From Iphione sp. A-MEVVRFRX5 (taxonomy: Eukaryota), in NCBI GenBank assembly GCA_976226885.1, contig OZ320317.1:52886001-52950000 (forward strand): a DNA stretch of 64,000 nt. The letters are read 5' to 3'. The position numbers were made by a program, and so were the translations under genes. Below, one piece after another: positions 54,140-64,000 of the stretch. Numbering within the stretch: position 1 is the stretch's first letter; every line of letters begins with the position of its first letter. The notes under the pieces are model-generated. The model saw only the letters and a program-made list of their open reading frames with translations, made no database searches and was not told the origin of the DNA.

Positions 54140-54600
54140 TGATGCCTCATAAAACACACAGGTAGGAAATTACACCACCACTGGTTGGTGGGAGGCATCT
54201 TGCAACTACTTATATACATGTAAACAAGTTTGTGGGTGGGTGGTTACTGGCGCCTCGTGGAAGAAGACAGGTAAAAGACGACACTACTGGTTGCAGGTGG
54301 TGGGCCTCGTGGAAATACATATACATGTAAATGTAAACAGGTAAGAGAAAGTACTGTGAGTGGGTAGTTGGCCTCTTGGAGTCAGACAGGTCTAGATGAC
54401 ACCACTGCATGGTGGCACATGTAACATTGTAGGTCCCTTTAAAGTATGTGTTCATATTAGTGAAGGTAACATGGCCTGTATGGTTGCTAGGGCCTCAAGG
54501 CAGCAGACAGCTACTGACGTACGAGACGTTAGGTGGTTAGAAAGTAAGTGAATTTACTGCTGGTGCCGGATAGAAATACACAGGTAGGAGAAGAGGTCGC
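54140..54600 (+). repeat. Degenerate tandem repeat built on ACAGGT... and GCCTC(G/T)TGGA motifs
   Basis: ACAGGT at 54158, 54267, 54337, 54386 and 54580; GCCTCGTGGAA at about 54252 and 54304; GCCTCTTGGA at about 54371; TACATGTA at 54215 and 54322. Confidence 0.55.
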
Positions 54601-57402
54601 TCGACATTGGTCGGTCGTGTTTTCAGTGGCGCAGGTTTTGCACGGACACTTTAGAATCCAGGCAATGCAGATGTTTACTTCATCATATCGAGTGCATTGG
54701 TGGCTTTGTGGACTGCTGTTTGCGCGAGTGATTAAGAATTCCCCACTGTGAAGGGGTCGAAGGTCACGTAAGGCCGCCCTTGCCTGCGACTAGCTTTGAT
54801 ATTTCACTTTCGTGGCTTTTATTGAAAACACATTGTTAAAAAAAAGTCAAATGGTACGGTTAAGAAAAAACTAAGGCCGAGGTGGCAAACTCCATCGTGT
54901 CGCCCTAGACTTACACACTGAACACGCTATTCATAGTTCACAAGCTTCCAGATTCCGCCAGGTACCGGGAACTACTGCTAACCTGCGCTCACGAGAGGGT
55001 GGGTAGGGGGGGGGAGCTAACAAGAGAAAAAGCAAGCCGACTGGAAAAGACATGCATCTAACAAAGGCGCAGTTCGGACAGCCGTGCCTGATGACCTGCT
55101 AGGGCTATACTAGGTAACTGATGGAGAGAACATGGCTATAACAGAATCCTTAACGGAATTATACATCGTCATTTTCCGCTTGACTTGCCAAGCAGATCAA
55201 TAAAGGTAGGCTGCTCATCGAAGAACAGAGAACACGGAAGTAATTGTGTTAGCCTCATCTGCTGCGTGGAATTCACTGCTACCACAATGTGCCAGTATTC
55301 CCAGGAAACGATGGCGTTTGCGGGCGAGGAACAAGGAGCTACAGAGTTTGTTTTTATTTTGTTTCTTGCTTTGCCATCCTACCACGCAATCAAATGTGTG
55401 AACTGCGTGGTAAACAAATACGTAAATTGTAGAGTCTGAATTGTCCTGGTTTCATCACAAGCAGACATTCATTTCATACTGTGCGGTTATAAATAAGAAC
55501 ACAATGGATCAATAAATGAGGTCGGTTACTGACGGCCTCTTAAAAACAGAATGGTAGATCATGTTACATGGACGACCTGGTCAAAAAGTACTGTTCCTAT
55601 TCGCTACCAGGCAAAACAAACAAAAAAAAGAATCCATACTGATGCAGGCAATATCAAATACCAAATTCACGCTGAACAATCTGATTCAGGAAACCTGTTT
55701 TGTTTGTAAGAAAAGATACACAGAATAATACATGAAACGTGAAACATGCGCTCCTATATATATTTAAAAAACAGCCAAAGCAGAGACTGTGAGAATGAGC
55801 TTTGCACCGAATGAAAAGGGAGTTTGCAAAGTGGGGGAAACTGGGAGAAAACGCAAACAGAGCTATGTACACTATCAATATTCTGATTTGCACTGGATGC
55901 ATGGGATCCGCGCTTCCCCTCCCCCTCAATTTCTACACAACTGTGTGAAAAACACTGCTAATTCGGTGACAACAGACGCTGTTAAAAGAGGGCGTTGGAG
56001 GGCTTTCTTCCATTGTGCCTGGACTGGTATACCCGTGCCTAGCATACTGCCAGGGGCTTGGCCGCCGGATACAAGCCACAGTGTGGTCGGGCGATTGGTG
56101 CCTGCAGCCAGTTCGGCGACTGATTGGACTCGTCGGCGGGCTCGACTAACGTATGATCGGCATACCAAGGGAATGATGGCGGCAATAGCAAGCATCTATC
56201 TCAGTGCTGGGTGGCGGGTATCGCGGCATCTATCTGTGTACTAGGTGGCGGGGATACTGATGTCCCACCTCCTGAGAATCAGGTGCCAGGTCCGTGCCCA
56301 GGATAGTGTGCTGAGAGGGTGGGGATCTTTGGACGGCGCCAACTGACATAGCGAGGTGCAGAGTTACAGCTGAGACGTAGTAGGTGGGAGTGAAATGCAA
56401 AGAGCCCTCCCACCCACCCACCCCTCACTTCCCGCTCCCCACAGCCCCACTGGGAGAGAGGACGAGGGCGGCAGAGGTGGGTGGGATTCCCTAGGGTGAG
56501 GGAACAGAACCGGTTCTTCGGGGATGCGCTGGTACGGAAAGCAATGAAAGGGTAAAAGGAAGGTCAACATAACGATCGGGGATAAATGAAATATGTGGAC
56601 ATGTATATAAATACAGCGGAGTCGATGAGTGCAAAGGTAGCGATATCAGAAAAGCTATAGGGGACTTCAAAGAAAACAAAAAATAGACACTGAGCAAAGC
56701 TGGCAGTAGGGAAAAAAACCTTCGTATAACGAAAGGCTGGCGCTAATATAAATCGTTCAATACACAGCGTGTTATGTGGACAGCTTTCTGAAATTAAACT
56801 ATTGTAGTGTGATTTTCTGTGTAAACTGTGCGCATACTGATGGCCTTAAGTGGAACTAAAAGAAACAGGAAAGGAACCGAGGTTATATATGAGGTGACCG
56901 AAGGAGGGACTAAAGCTACCGGACTTCCCAAGTGCTATGTCGAGGTCCTGAATATTGATTCCCTCCACGAAACCAACTGCCAGAGGATATGTTCTCTCTA
57001 CTTCTCAGCTTGATGTACCGAGTATCTTCCTGGCGAGATGGCGGGGTGCCACCTTCTATATTTCCATCTATAAAAGACACGTACTCCACTCCACTACCTC
57101 CAAAACGAAGTATGCTATGTACATCGTGAATAAGTACTTTTGGGGCGGATATATTTTTTTAATTTGTGTACAATTTATGTCTTCTCTGCTCCAGGGTAAA
57201 TATATAAATAAACACCGCCATTATTATAATTCAGACACTTCAAAGGCGGAGGATGTGAGTCATGTCAGAGGACGTGCAGACAAATATTTGTGGATGTAAA
57301 TCGAAATCTCCCTTCCTGAATGGTATTGTGCAAGCCAACTGATGAATCTTTATCTCCACATCAATGCCATATAAAATGATAACACATACTGTAATTTACT
57401 AA

Positions 57403-57727
57403 ATTTCATTTCATTTTATTGTATCTTTTACTATGAAGTGGATATTCACCTATCATCATGACAGGGTTCTTCCATATCCTCCTGAGATAGCATTCTTCTG
57501 TCTATTATTGAGAATTGAGAAACCAGAATACCTGGGGTTGTACCCTACTCTTATTTCGAATAGGTATCTAGGGTCTTTTGTGCACAGGGGACAAAATCCT
57601 ATACATCCATGGCCTTTGTTATAAGTTGTGGAACACTCTGGGTTCTGGCTATCAAGAGTCCTAGGCCCGGGATTGAACCTGCAACCTCGCAGCCAGTGGA
57701 CCAGTGCTCTACCAACTGAGCGAACTC
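57403..57727 (-). mobile_element. tRNA-derived SINE, copy 2
   Basis: Minus strand: GCTCAGTTGGTAGAGC (A box), GGTTCAATCCC (B box), core GCACAAAAGACCCTAGATACCTATTCGAAATAAGAGTAGGG, tail AAAATGAAATGAAAT. Homologous to 10171-10516. Confidence 0.85.
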
Positions 57728-57804
57728 AGTGACTTAAAAGGTGCACCCCATCTTTCAAGGCCACTCTACATTGCTACATTTTCTGTGTTTGCATAAAGGG
57801 GGCT

Positions 57805-58045
57805 TCAGAATGTGTTCTCCTTTACGCCCCCGAGAACCACAATGACCAAGATGAGGAGGAGTCCCGCACGTCTAGGAGGGACTAACCGAGCGACAGCGTC
57901 TATAAAAGGCGATTGATCTCGATTCGTTTCGTCTATAATTTTCCTGATGTTGGGATAATTACCGTTCTTGCGCAGATAGTTCTGTAACCGCACTGCCTCA
58001 AGCGAAGCAATGTCGGGCGGAACAAACAATTCGTAAAATGGTTTC
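57805..58045 (-). mobile_element. Possible small Penelope-like RT-thumb fragment
   Basis: LRIVCS (one frame) and LEAVRLQNYLRKNGNYPNIRKII (another frame) resemble the PLE thumb pattern RICS...E...L...L..NGYP...I..II. Confidence 0.3.
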
Positions 58046-60054
58046 GTTTAAAAAAAAAAAAAAAAAGGCATGTGCCCAGATGGATGGGTATTTCGAGTAT
58101 TAATGGAGACCAGCAAGTGTTTCTTGCTAGATGTTTTTTTCACGTGTGCGTTTGACCAGGTTTTCTTCGGGAGAGGGCAAAGGACAATGAAGGGTCGTCT
58201 CCAGGGACATCCTCGCCGCCCCTGGCTGAATGATGAAGACTGACACTTGGTGCCGCCGCGACCAATGGCTATTGACGAAATCTACCAGCCGCGCCAGACG
58301 CCTTCAGCCGTTGCGGCTTTATCGAAGTAACGATCAGACTCCTCTGACCCTGGGACCGTAGTGTTCCAGTGCTTTCAGAACTTGCGAGTGTGTAAGGAGA
58401 ACAGTGTTTTCTTTTTAAACGTCACATAGGAAAATCAATTTGAGCTGACAGGGGAGGGGGGCGTTAGTCGGGATGGGCATGCCCCAAGGATTCATGTTAA
58501 GCACAGACGTACATGAAAGAGGGGACCAACCAGCACAGGATTGTATAGGTAAACAATGGGTGCTGGTATGTGCAAATATATTTGTGTAAATTTACATGAA
58601 AAAGAGGTATAATTCATGCACAAACGGCACAGATTACACTGAATCTGTCCGCTGTCGGCCAAATTTATGCATAAACGGGACAAAGCCCAACCCTATCTGA
58701 TAAATGTATGCATAAGTGGCACATATTACAACGAATTCTCTAATCTATACGAAAACCTTATAAAGCATACAATTCATACATGAAATGCAATCAAAATGTA
58801 TGTACACATTGGTATACATGTATATCTAGCCGCTTTTCCCTAAATCTCTGTGCAACAAACTCCACGGATATGCTTGGAATACTAACGCACGAGTATATAG
58901 AAATCTAGCCTGATAAACGTTACGGAAAAGAACCATTTACCTGGCCCATTCTATCCCACTCGAGTGGTGCGACGTTCTAGACCTGTGAACAAAAATGGGA
59001 GCGCCACCCCAGACTCCCCACCGAGAAAACATCAGGTAAAGAAGAACGTTCTTCGGTAAATCTTTGTTCAGGAACATTGCCGTGGCGTCGGGACGTTCGA
59101 CGCGGTAATATCGATACCTACACGACGACACGGTAATGTCGCGGTAAGGAGACAAGTACAAAAACGGCGAGGGTGCTGCCAAAGGACGATACGATATGTG
59201 ACAATACGACGGAAACTTCCTTGTTAGACCAGCATTCGTCGTTTTCGACAATGAAGGGAATACCTGAGATATGTCAGGGGACTGAATCAACATTAACTGC
59301 TTTTTCACCTCTCTTTGATGTGGAAATAGTAGAATCTTAAAATTATTCAAACAGGCTCAGATAAAACCACTTTCTTTCCTTTAGCTCTACTGTAGACGAT
59401 GTGGCCAAAAACTTACGGGTCAACAACAATTTATCCGAAGAGAACATTAGATATTTTATTTTTATGAAGACCTTGTTTACCCAAAGGCCTGGCTGTAGAT
59501 GGCAAGCAGCACAAAGAAAGTGTAGGGCGAAGAAGGCACAAACAGAAGTGTTATTTCTCAAGGAACTGAAGAATGAGTTCTTCTCCAGATTACAGTGATA
59601 CACGACCGAACTCGTAGAAGCCCTTGCACTAAGTCACTGGGATAGGACTTGTATGGTGTGAATACATTTTCACACCTATAATTTATACTACCAGTTGACA
59701 CTCTGAACCGGTAGACTTCTCTGCATGTACGTACATGTATGTATTTGTGCTTTGATCAGCAACACGTGCTTTGAAACGGCACAGACCGTATGAACGATGG
59801 AGTATTATCCATGGGTCCGTATGTTTGCGGTGACTATTGTAAAATTCAAACACATTGTTAAGAGAGGATGTGTCTCCTCGATGCGGTATGCAGGTATGCA
59901 GACTCGTACCACAATAACGTATCCAGCTTATCTTTGTCCGCTTTTTTGACACTGTGGATCTGCATTATATCTAGTAGACACCTATGTTAGAAATGGTGAC
60001 TGAGGAGCCTCAGAGTTTGCGTTCAGTTAAGGATGCAATGGGGTAAACACCAAC

Positions 60055-60069
60055 CGTATACAGTGTCCC
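60055..60069 (+). repeat. Left copy of 15-bp target-site duplication CGTATACAGTGTCCC
   Basis: Identical to 61418-61432. Confidence 0.85.
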
Positions 60070-60284
60070 TAACTGGAACGAAAAAATACAGCTGGGCCAG
60101 AAGCAGACACTACCCTGTTGTGACAACCTGGGCTGGTTGTCAAGCCTCCTGCATGCTTTGTCATGGTGACAGTCCATTCCAATTGTTGACAGAAAATAGT
60201 CCCTCATAAATGATCAAATATTTCATTATTGAGGGGAGTATTTGTGCACACACACATAAATTAATAATATTGCAGGGTTTTAGA

Positions 60285-60319
60285 GACAGGGTTTCGCCCT
60301 TCAGGACTCATCAGGTGTC
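60285..60319 (-). ncRNA. Minimal type I hammerhead-ribozyme-like motif (stem III/cleavage triplet abnormal)
   Basis: Minus strand GACAC-CUGAUGA-GUCC-UGAA-GGGC-GAAAC-CC-UGUC: conserved core, 4-bp stem II, and GACA/UGUC stem I. It lies about 185 nt after the PLE stop codon, where PLE pseudo-LTR hammerheads are known to occur. Confidence 0.7.
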
Positions 60320-60503
60320 ATATTGTTGCTATTATTTCTTGTTAGGATGTATTCCTACATTATTGCATCAGAAAGGATATATGCACATATATGGTGCATA
60401 AATGTCCTTAAATATGGCTTAATTTGCTGGGATTGGAGGGGAGACCAAGTAAAAATAAAATTTTTGTACGAAGTTTGGTACTTCCCCCTATCCCCAGCTT
60501 GTA

Positions 60504-61376
60504 TTAGCCATATTCCGGTGCATCAATTAGGTTGAGTCCATAGGGTGGGAATGTCTTCAGTCTATATATCCACTTTTTCTCTGCTCTGTTCCTTAGTTCC
60601 TTGGCTCTGTCTGAGTCAGGGCTGCACGTTATGAATTCTAGGACGTATATCTCGATATCGTCCAGGCCACGGTGGTTCTGTTGGCGGAAGTGTGTGCCTA
60701 TGTCGCTGGGTGTGTGGTCTTTAGTGATTTTTAGGAAGTGTTCTTGCATCCTATCCATTACTCTTCTCTTGGTTTGTCCTACATACACGGGGCCACAGTT
60801 CCTGCAGCCAATGGCATATATAATGTTGTTGGTCTTACAGGTGACATTGTGTTTGATTAGGAACGATTGCTTCGCTACATGCGATCGGATGGTTCCTTCT
60901 CTGACCAGACGCTTACAATATCTGCATGTGGTCATGGTGCATTCTTTCAAAGGTTTGCCCATGAGGGCACTCTTATGTTTTGTGTTTTCCTCAGGGTGAT
61001 AGTCCAGTCTAGCTCTGACAAGGTAATTGCTCAGATTGTTTGGTCGTCTCAGACCGGTTATGAATTTGGAGTCATGTATAGATTTCGTTCTATGTGACAT
61101 GCTTAGAATACCCCAGTTTTGTGTTGCTATGCGTTTTGGGTCATTGAAGGTAGGATTATACGTGGTCACAAGTATATTGGGTTTTGTGGCTTCTTGGTTT
61201 TCTTGCCTATTCTTTTTTTGTCTCGCTGTCCTCAGGCTTTGCATGGACGCTCTGTTAATTCCCTCAAGTACTATATGTACGGGGTAGCCTCTATCAAGCA
61301 GGGCTTTGCCTGTTGTTAGGCAGTGTTTGATGAAGTCTTCTGTGTGTGTACATATTCGTCGGAGACGTAGGAACTG
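60504..61376 (-). CDS. Partial PLE polyprotein: RT thumb, Cys-rich linker and GIY-YIG endonuclease (290 codons, no internal stop, 5' truncated)
   Basis: The listed ORF 60504..61244 extends 44 codons upstream as QFLRLRRICTHTEDF...LLDRGYP (PLE thumb). It contains linker CTMTTCRYC, GIY-YIG box IIYAIGCRNCGPVYVGQTKR...QEHF and C-terminal EKKWIYRLKTFPPYGLN. Confidence 0.9.
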   Translation of the reverse strand, partial: QFLRLRRICTHTEDFIKHCLTTGKALLDRGYPVHIVLEGINRASMQSLRTARQKKNRQENQEATKPNILVTTYNPTFNDPKRIATQNWGILSMSHRTKSIHDSKFITGLRRPNNLSNYLVRARLDYHPEENTKHKSALMGKPLKECTMTTCRYCKRLVREGTIRSHVAKQSFLIKHNVTCKTNNIIYAIGCRNCGPVYVGQTKRRVMDRMQEHFLKITKDHTPSDIGTHFRQQNHRGLDDIEIYVLEFITCSPDSDRAKELRNRAEKKWIYRLKTFPPYGLNLIDAPEYG

Positions 61377-61377
61377 T

Positions 61378-61378
<1 letters not shown>

Positions 61379-61417
<39 letters not shown>
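61379..61417 (+). repeat. A39 tract at the 5'-truncated end of the PLE (poly-T on the coding strand)
   Basis: Read directly, between the PLE junction and the right direct repeat. Confidence 0.95.
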
Positions 61418-61432
61418 GTATACAGTGTCCCC
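61418..61432 (+). repeat. Right copy of 15-bp target-site duplication CGTATACAGTGTCCC
   Basis: Identical to 60055-60069. Confidence 0.85.
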
Positions 61433-63175
61433 TCGGACTGCGACGACCTCTCTAAACAGACCACCTCCACAAAAAGACAATTTTACTTACAGAGGGCACT
61501 CTACACTTACACGAGCATTGCCCCTAACGCCTGGCTAGAGCACCAAAGGTATACATGTACATTCATTGTGTTACGTATGTCTCTACTTGCAAACTACCTT
61601 TTATGGGTGTAACATTGTATACGAAATCTACAGAAACCAATTTAGAAAGGATTTGATCATTCAAACAGACGTTCTTACATTTTCTAAGTTCATGTATACA
61701 TAGCCAAAAATCGCAGTCAAAAGAGGCAGACATGTCGTCTCTTGTCCTCTTTTCAGCGTCAGGTTACTTCTGTTTGGTCTCACGTTCACTTGTTGAATGT
61801 CAACAGAATGGTGTTCATTTCGAAAAACACTCAGCCGCTCAAATGGCTATAAAATGAAGCAAAAGTATAACGGAGGGCAGTTCTCTTTGTACGTGCATCT
61901 CTCGGTGCTTCGGTGCCCCCTATTTTCTCCCCCACACAATACAGGTGTATACCCAACACTGTCGCTCATTGTACTAGTTGTCCTAAATCGCTTAAAAATA
62001 AATGCATGCACTTGCAGTATAGGCCCTTCGCAAATCAACATGCTCAGGGGTCGTGCTTTATACTGTATGTCACCGGAGCATCTTCGGGACACTGTCACCC
62101 GAGTACTTGTGGGCAGCTCAGGCCTTTCGAAAAGGGGCAAGTGATTCCCAAAACCAGAACGGTGTGAAGTTCGTTTGAAGGGGCAGCTGATGCGACCGCA
62201 CAGTCAGCAACCGTAGTGGCAACCTAACTAAGGACCGGTGAAAATTAATGCTGATAAGAAGAAACTCAATCCCATGAAGCAAGTCGTACAGGTCAACGGT
62301 CGGTTACGTATTTCTAGCAGAAAAGATACTAAGCATGCAATCGTATTGTTTTCCACGATAAGTATATGTAGTTTCTACTGTGGTGGAAATATTGCAATTT
62401 GGGTCTGTCGTGCCTCAACTGACTCAATTCTGCAGGAACAGGAGTAGGAGTTGCGTCTGTCAGGTCATAGGTTGGAGCCCATCGAACTCAGAGGTAGCCT
62501 GGTATGAGCAAGCTGTGGTAGGGGCTGGTAAGTGCTACACCTTGCTGTAGTCAGGTCTGGACAGGGTATGGCTGGCAGTGCGACACACTGCAGTGGTCTG
62601 CGCTTGATACGGTCAACTTCTTACTGGCAGGGCACTCCAAGAATGAAGCCGGTCATTATGGCTAAGGGAAAAAAAATCTGTCAGAGCTGACCTGTGTCAG
62701 AGCATGATCTAGTTGTGTCATTTCTAGGTACACTTGGGGATGCTTCTCAAATATACCAACTGAGGAGCATAACTTTTTTTTTGCTTCTCGACGTGGCAAT
62801 GTCTTCTCCCAGGAGCATAACTTTTTGGTTGGAGTGAACATCACCGCTTTCAATGTGACTGGATGGGTGAGGTAGTACTGGAATACATGTACAGTGGAGA
62901 CCCGGTCAGAGAACATAACACAGCGGAGACCGTGGAATAGACCATATATTTCCCTGTCACGTAAACACATACAAGCGCATACACGAGAAGATTTTTAAAA
63001 AATGAATCAAGGCCTTATATCTTATACATAAAGCATGCATTGGACTGCTTTCATTTCAAGACAGAATCAGCAAAAACTTGGTAAACTTGGTCACAGATTC
63101 AAGCACACTTCGTATGGGGCATAGCTTCCACATGTCCCACATGAAAAGGTCTGAGGTATCAATCTGAAAATCGCC

Positions 63176-63202
63176 GCGTACAAGCGTACAAGCGTACAAG
63201 CG
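63176..63202. repeat. Short tandem repeat (GCGTACAA)3
   Basis: Read directly. Confidence 0.85.
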
Positions 63203-64000
63203 CCTCGCTCTAACCTCACTCCAAACATACTGTGTGTTGTGGTGAACATTATGTGCTAAATACGTAATGACTGTTTGAAAATTTTAGGGGCATATTCACC
63301 AGCAAACGTACATGAGGCACGTGCGCGTTACGGTGCTTGAATGCGGGCTTCGCCCGTTGACGAATGACAGGGTTTCCTGGTAGAGATAACATTAAACAAT
63401 CTTTGCTTCTTTAGCAAAGTCGTGCCAGAAGTGATCTATAGTGTTTTCGTGGCCCCTCCCCCGATTATACTTAGCTGGTGCTTTGAGCTGCGATTACTGG
63501 CCGGCAATGAGGCAAGTCATGATACTATTCTAATTACTACGAATGACAGGGAGGCAGCCACGCGGCGCCGGAGGTGCTACTGGTCCATCAGTAGTAGATA
63601 ATTGAAAAGGTGAACAGTACGGCTTGTCAACCTGGGACACGTTCTTTTAGAAGAGCGGGCGACGCTAATAGAGCGCATGGGGACGTCTCATTAGAAAGGT
63701 GATTGTTTGTTACCATGGTTACCCCATCGTCCAATCAAGAGTCGCGTCACTAGTTGTCACCTCCCTCTCTTGTGATGTTATTCTAGGTTGGATCGAGGTT
63801 CCTGATGATCCTTTACCTACTCTCTACCGCTCCAGACTGCAGTATCCCTGGGTAATTGAATCTTGCTTCGTTTGCTCGGATGCACCTGAGTCCGAGTGAA
63901 CCATTCGCTCCCTGCACTCATCTGCTCTACGCCCAGTAGCCCCTGTAATCTACCCGTCGTCGCCCCGTTCAGACGAGCCCTCGATTACTGTCGTTTTGTT

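Larger units (their letters stand above)
60070..61378 (-). mobile_element. 5'-truncated Penelope-like retroelement (probably Neptune-type), young insertion
   Basis: Uninterrupted RT-thumb/linker/GIY-YIG frame, 3' UTR with a hammerhead-like core, and a flanking 15-bp direct repeat. Confidence 0.9.

Noticed and set aside
57655-57727. tRNA-like cloverleaf (also at 10171-10245)
   Set aside because: The T-stem and anticodon stem pair poorly and the sequence runs straight into a shared SINE body, so it is a SINE head rather than a functional tRNA.
62763-62826. 16-bp direct repeat AGGAGCATAACTTTTT, 48 bp apart
   Set aside because: Only two copies and no element between them; probably a small local duplication.
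446-63899. The remaining 60-175-aa ORFs in the supplied track
   Set aside because: They have no recognisable domains; many overlap on both strands, use non-ATG starts or translate microsatellites and low-complexity DNA, consistent with random ORFs.

Overview
Eukaryotic, gene-poor, repeat-rich DNA (roughly 44% GC by eye, CpG not obviously depleted). It looks like marine-invertebrate intergenic or intronic sequence; the taxon is an inference. I recognise no intact host gene, rRNA, functional tRNA or CRISPR-cas locus. Supported features: a decayed CR1/L2-type LINE (APE endonuclease + RT, 162-2528, minus); two copies of a tRNA-derived SINE (10171-10516 plus; 57403-57727 minus); a DIRS/Ngaro-like tyrosine-recombinase remnant (about 18 kb); a weaker DIRS RT/RNaseH remnant (about 45 kb); microsatellites ending in (CG)n; and a young 5'-truncated Penelope-like element (PLE; RT thumb + GIY-YIG, minus) with a hammerhead-ribozyme-like motif. 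The most unusual structure is that PLE insert: it is flanked by a perfect 15-bp direct repeat and carries an A39 tract on the strand opposite its ORF. The palindrome TACATGTA is also strongly over-represented (at least 20 copies counted by eye). Protein-family calls come from motif recognition by eye, not database searches.
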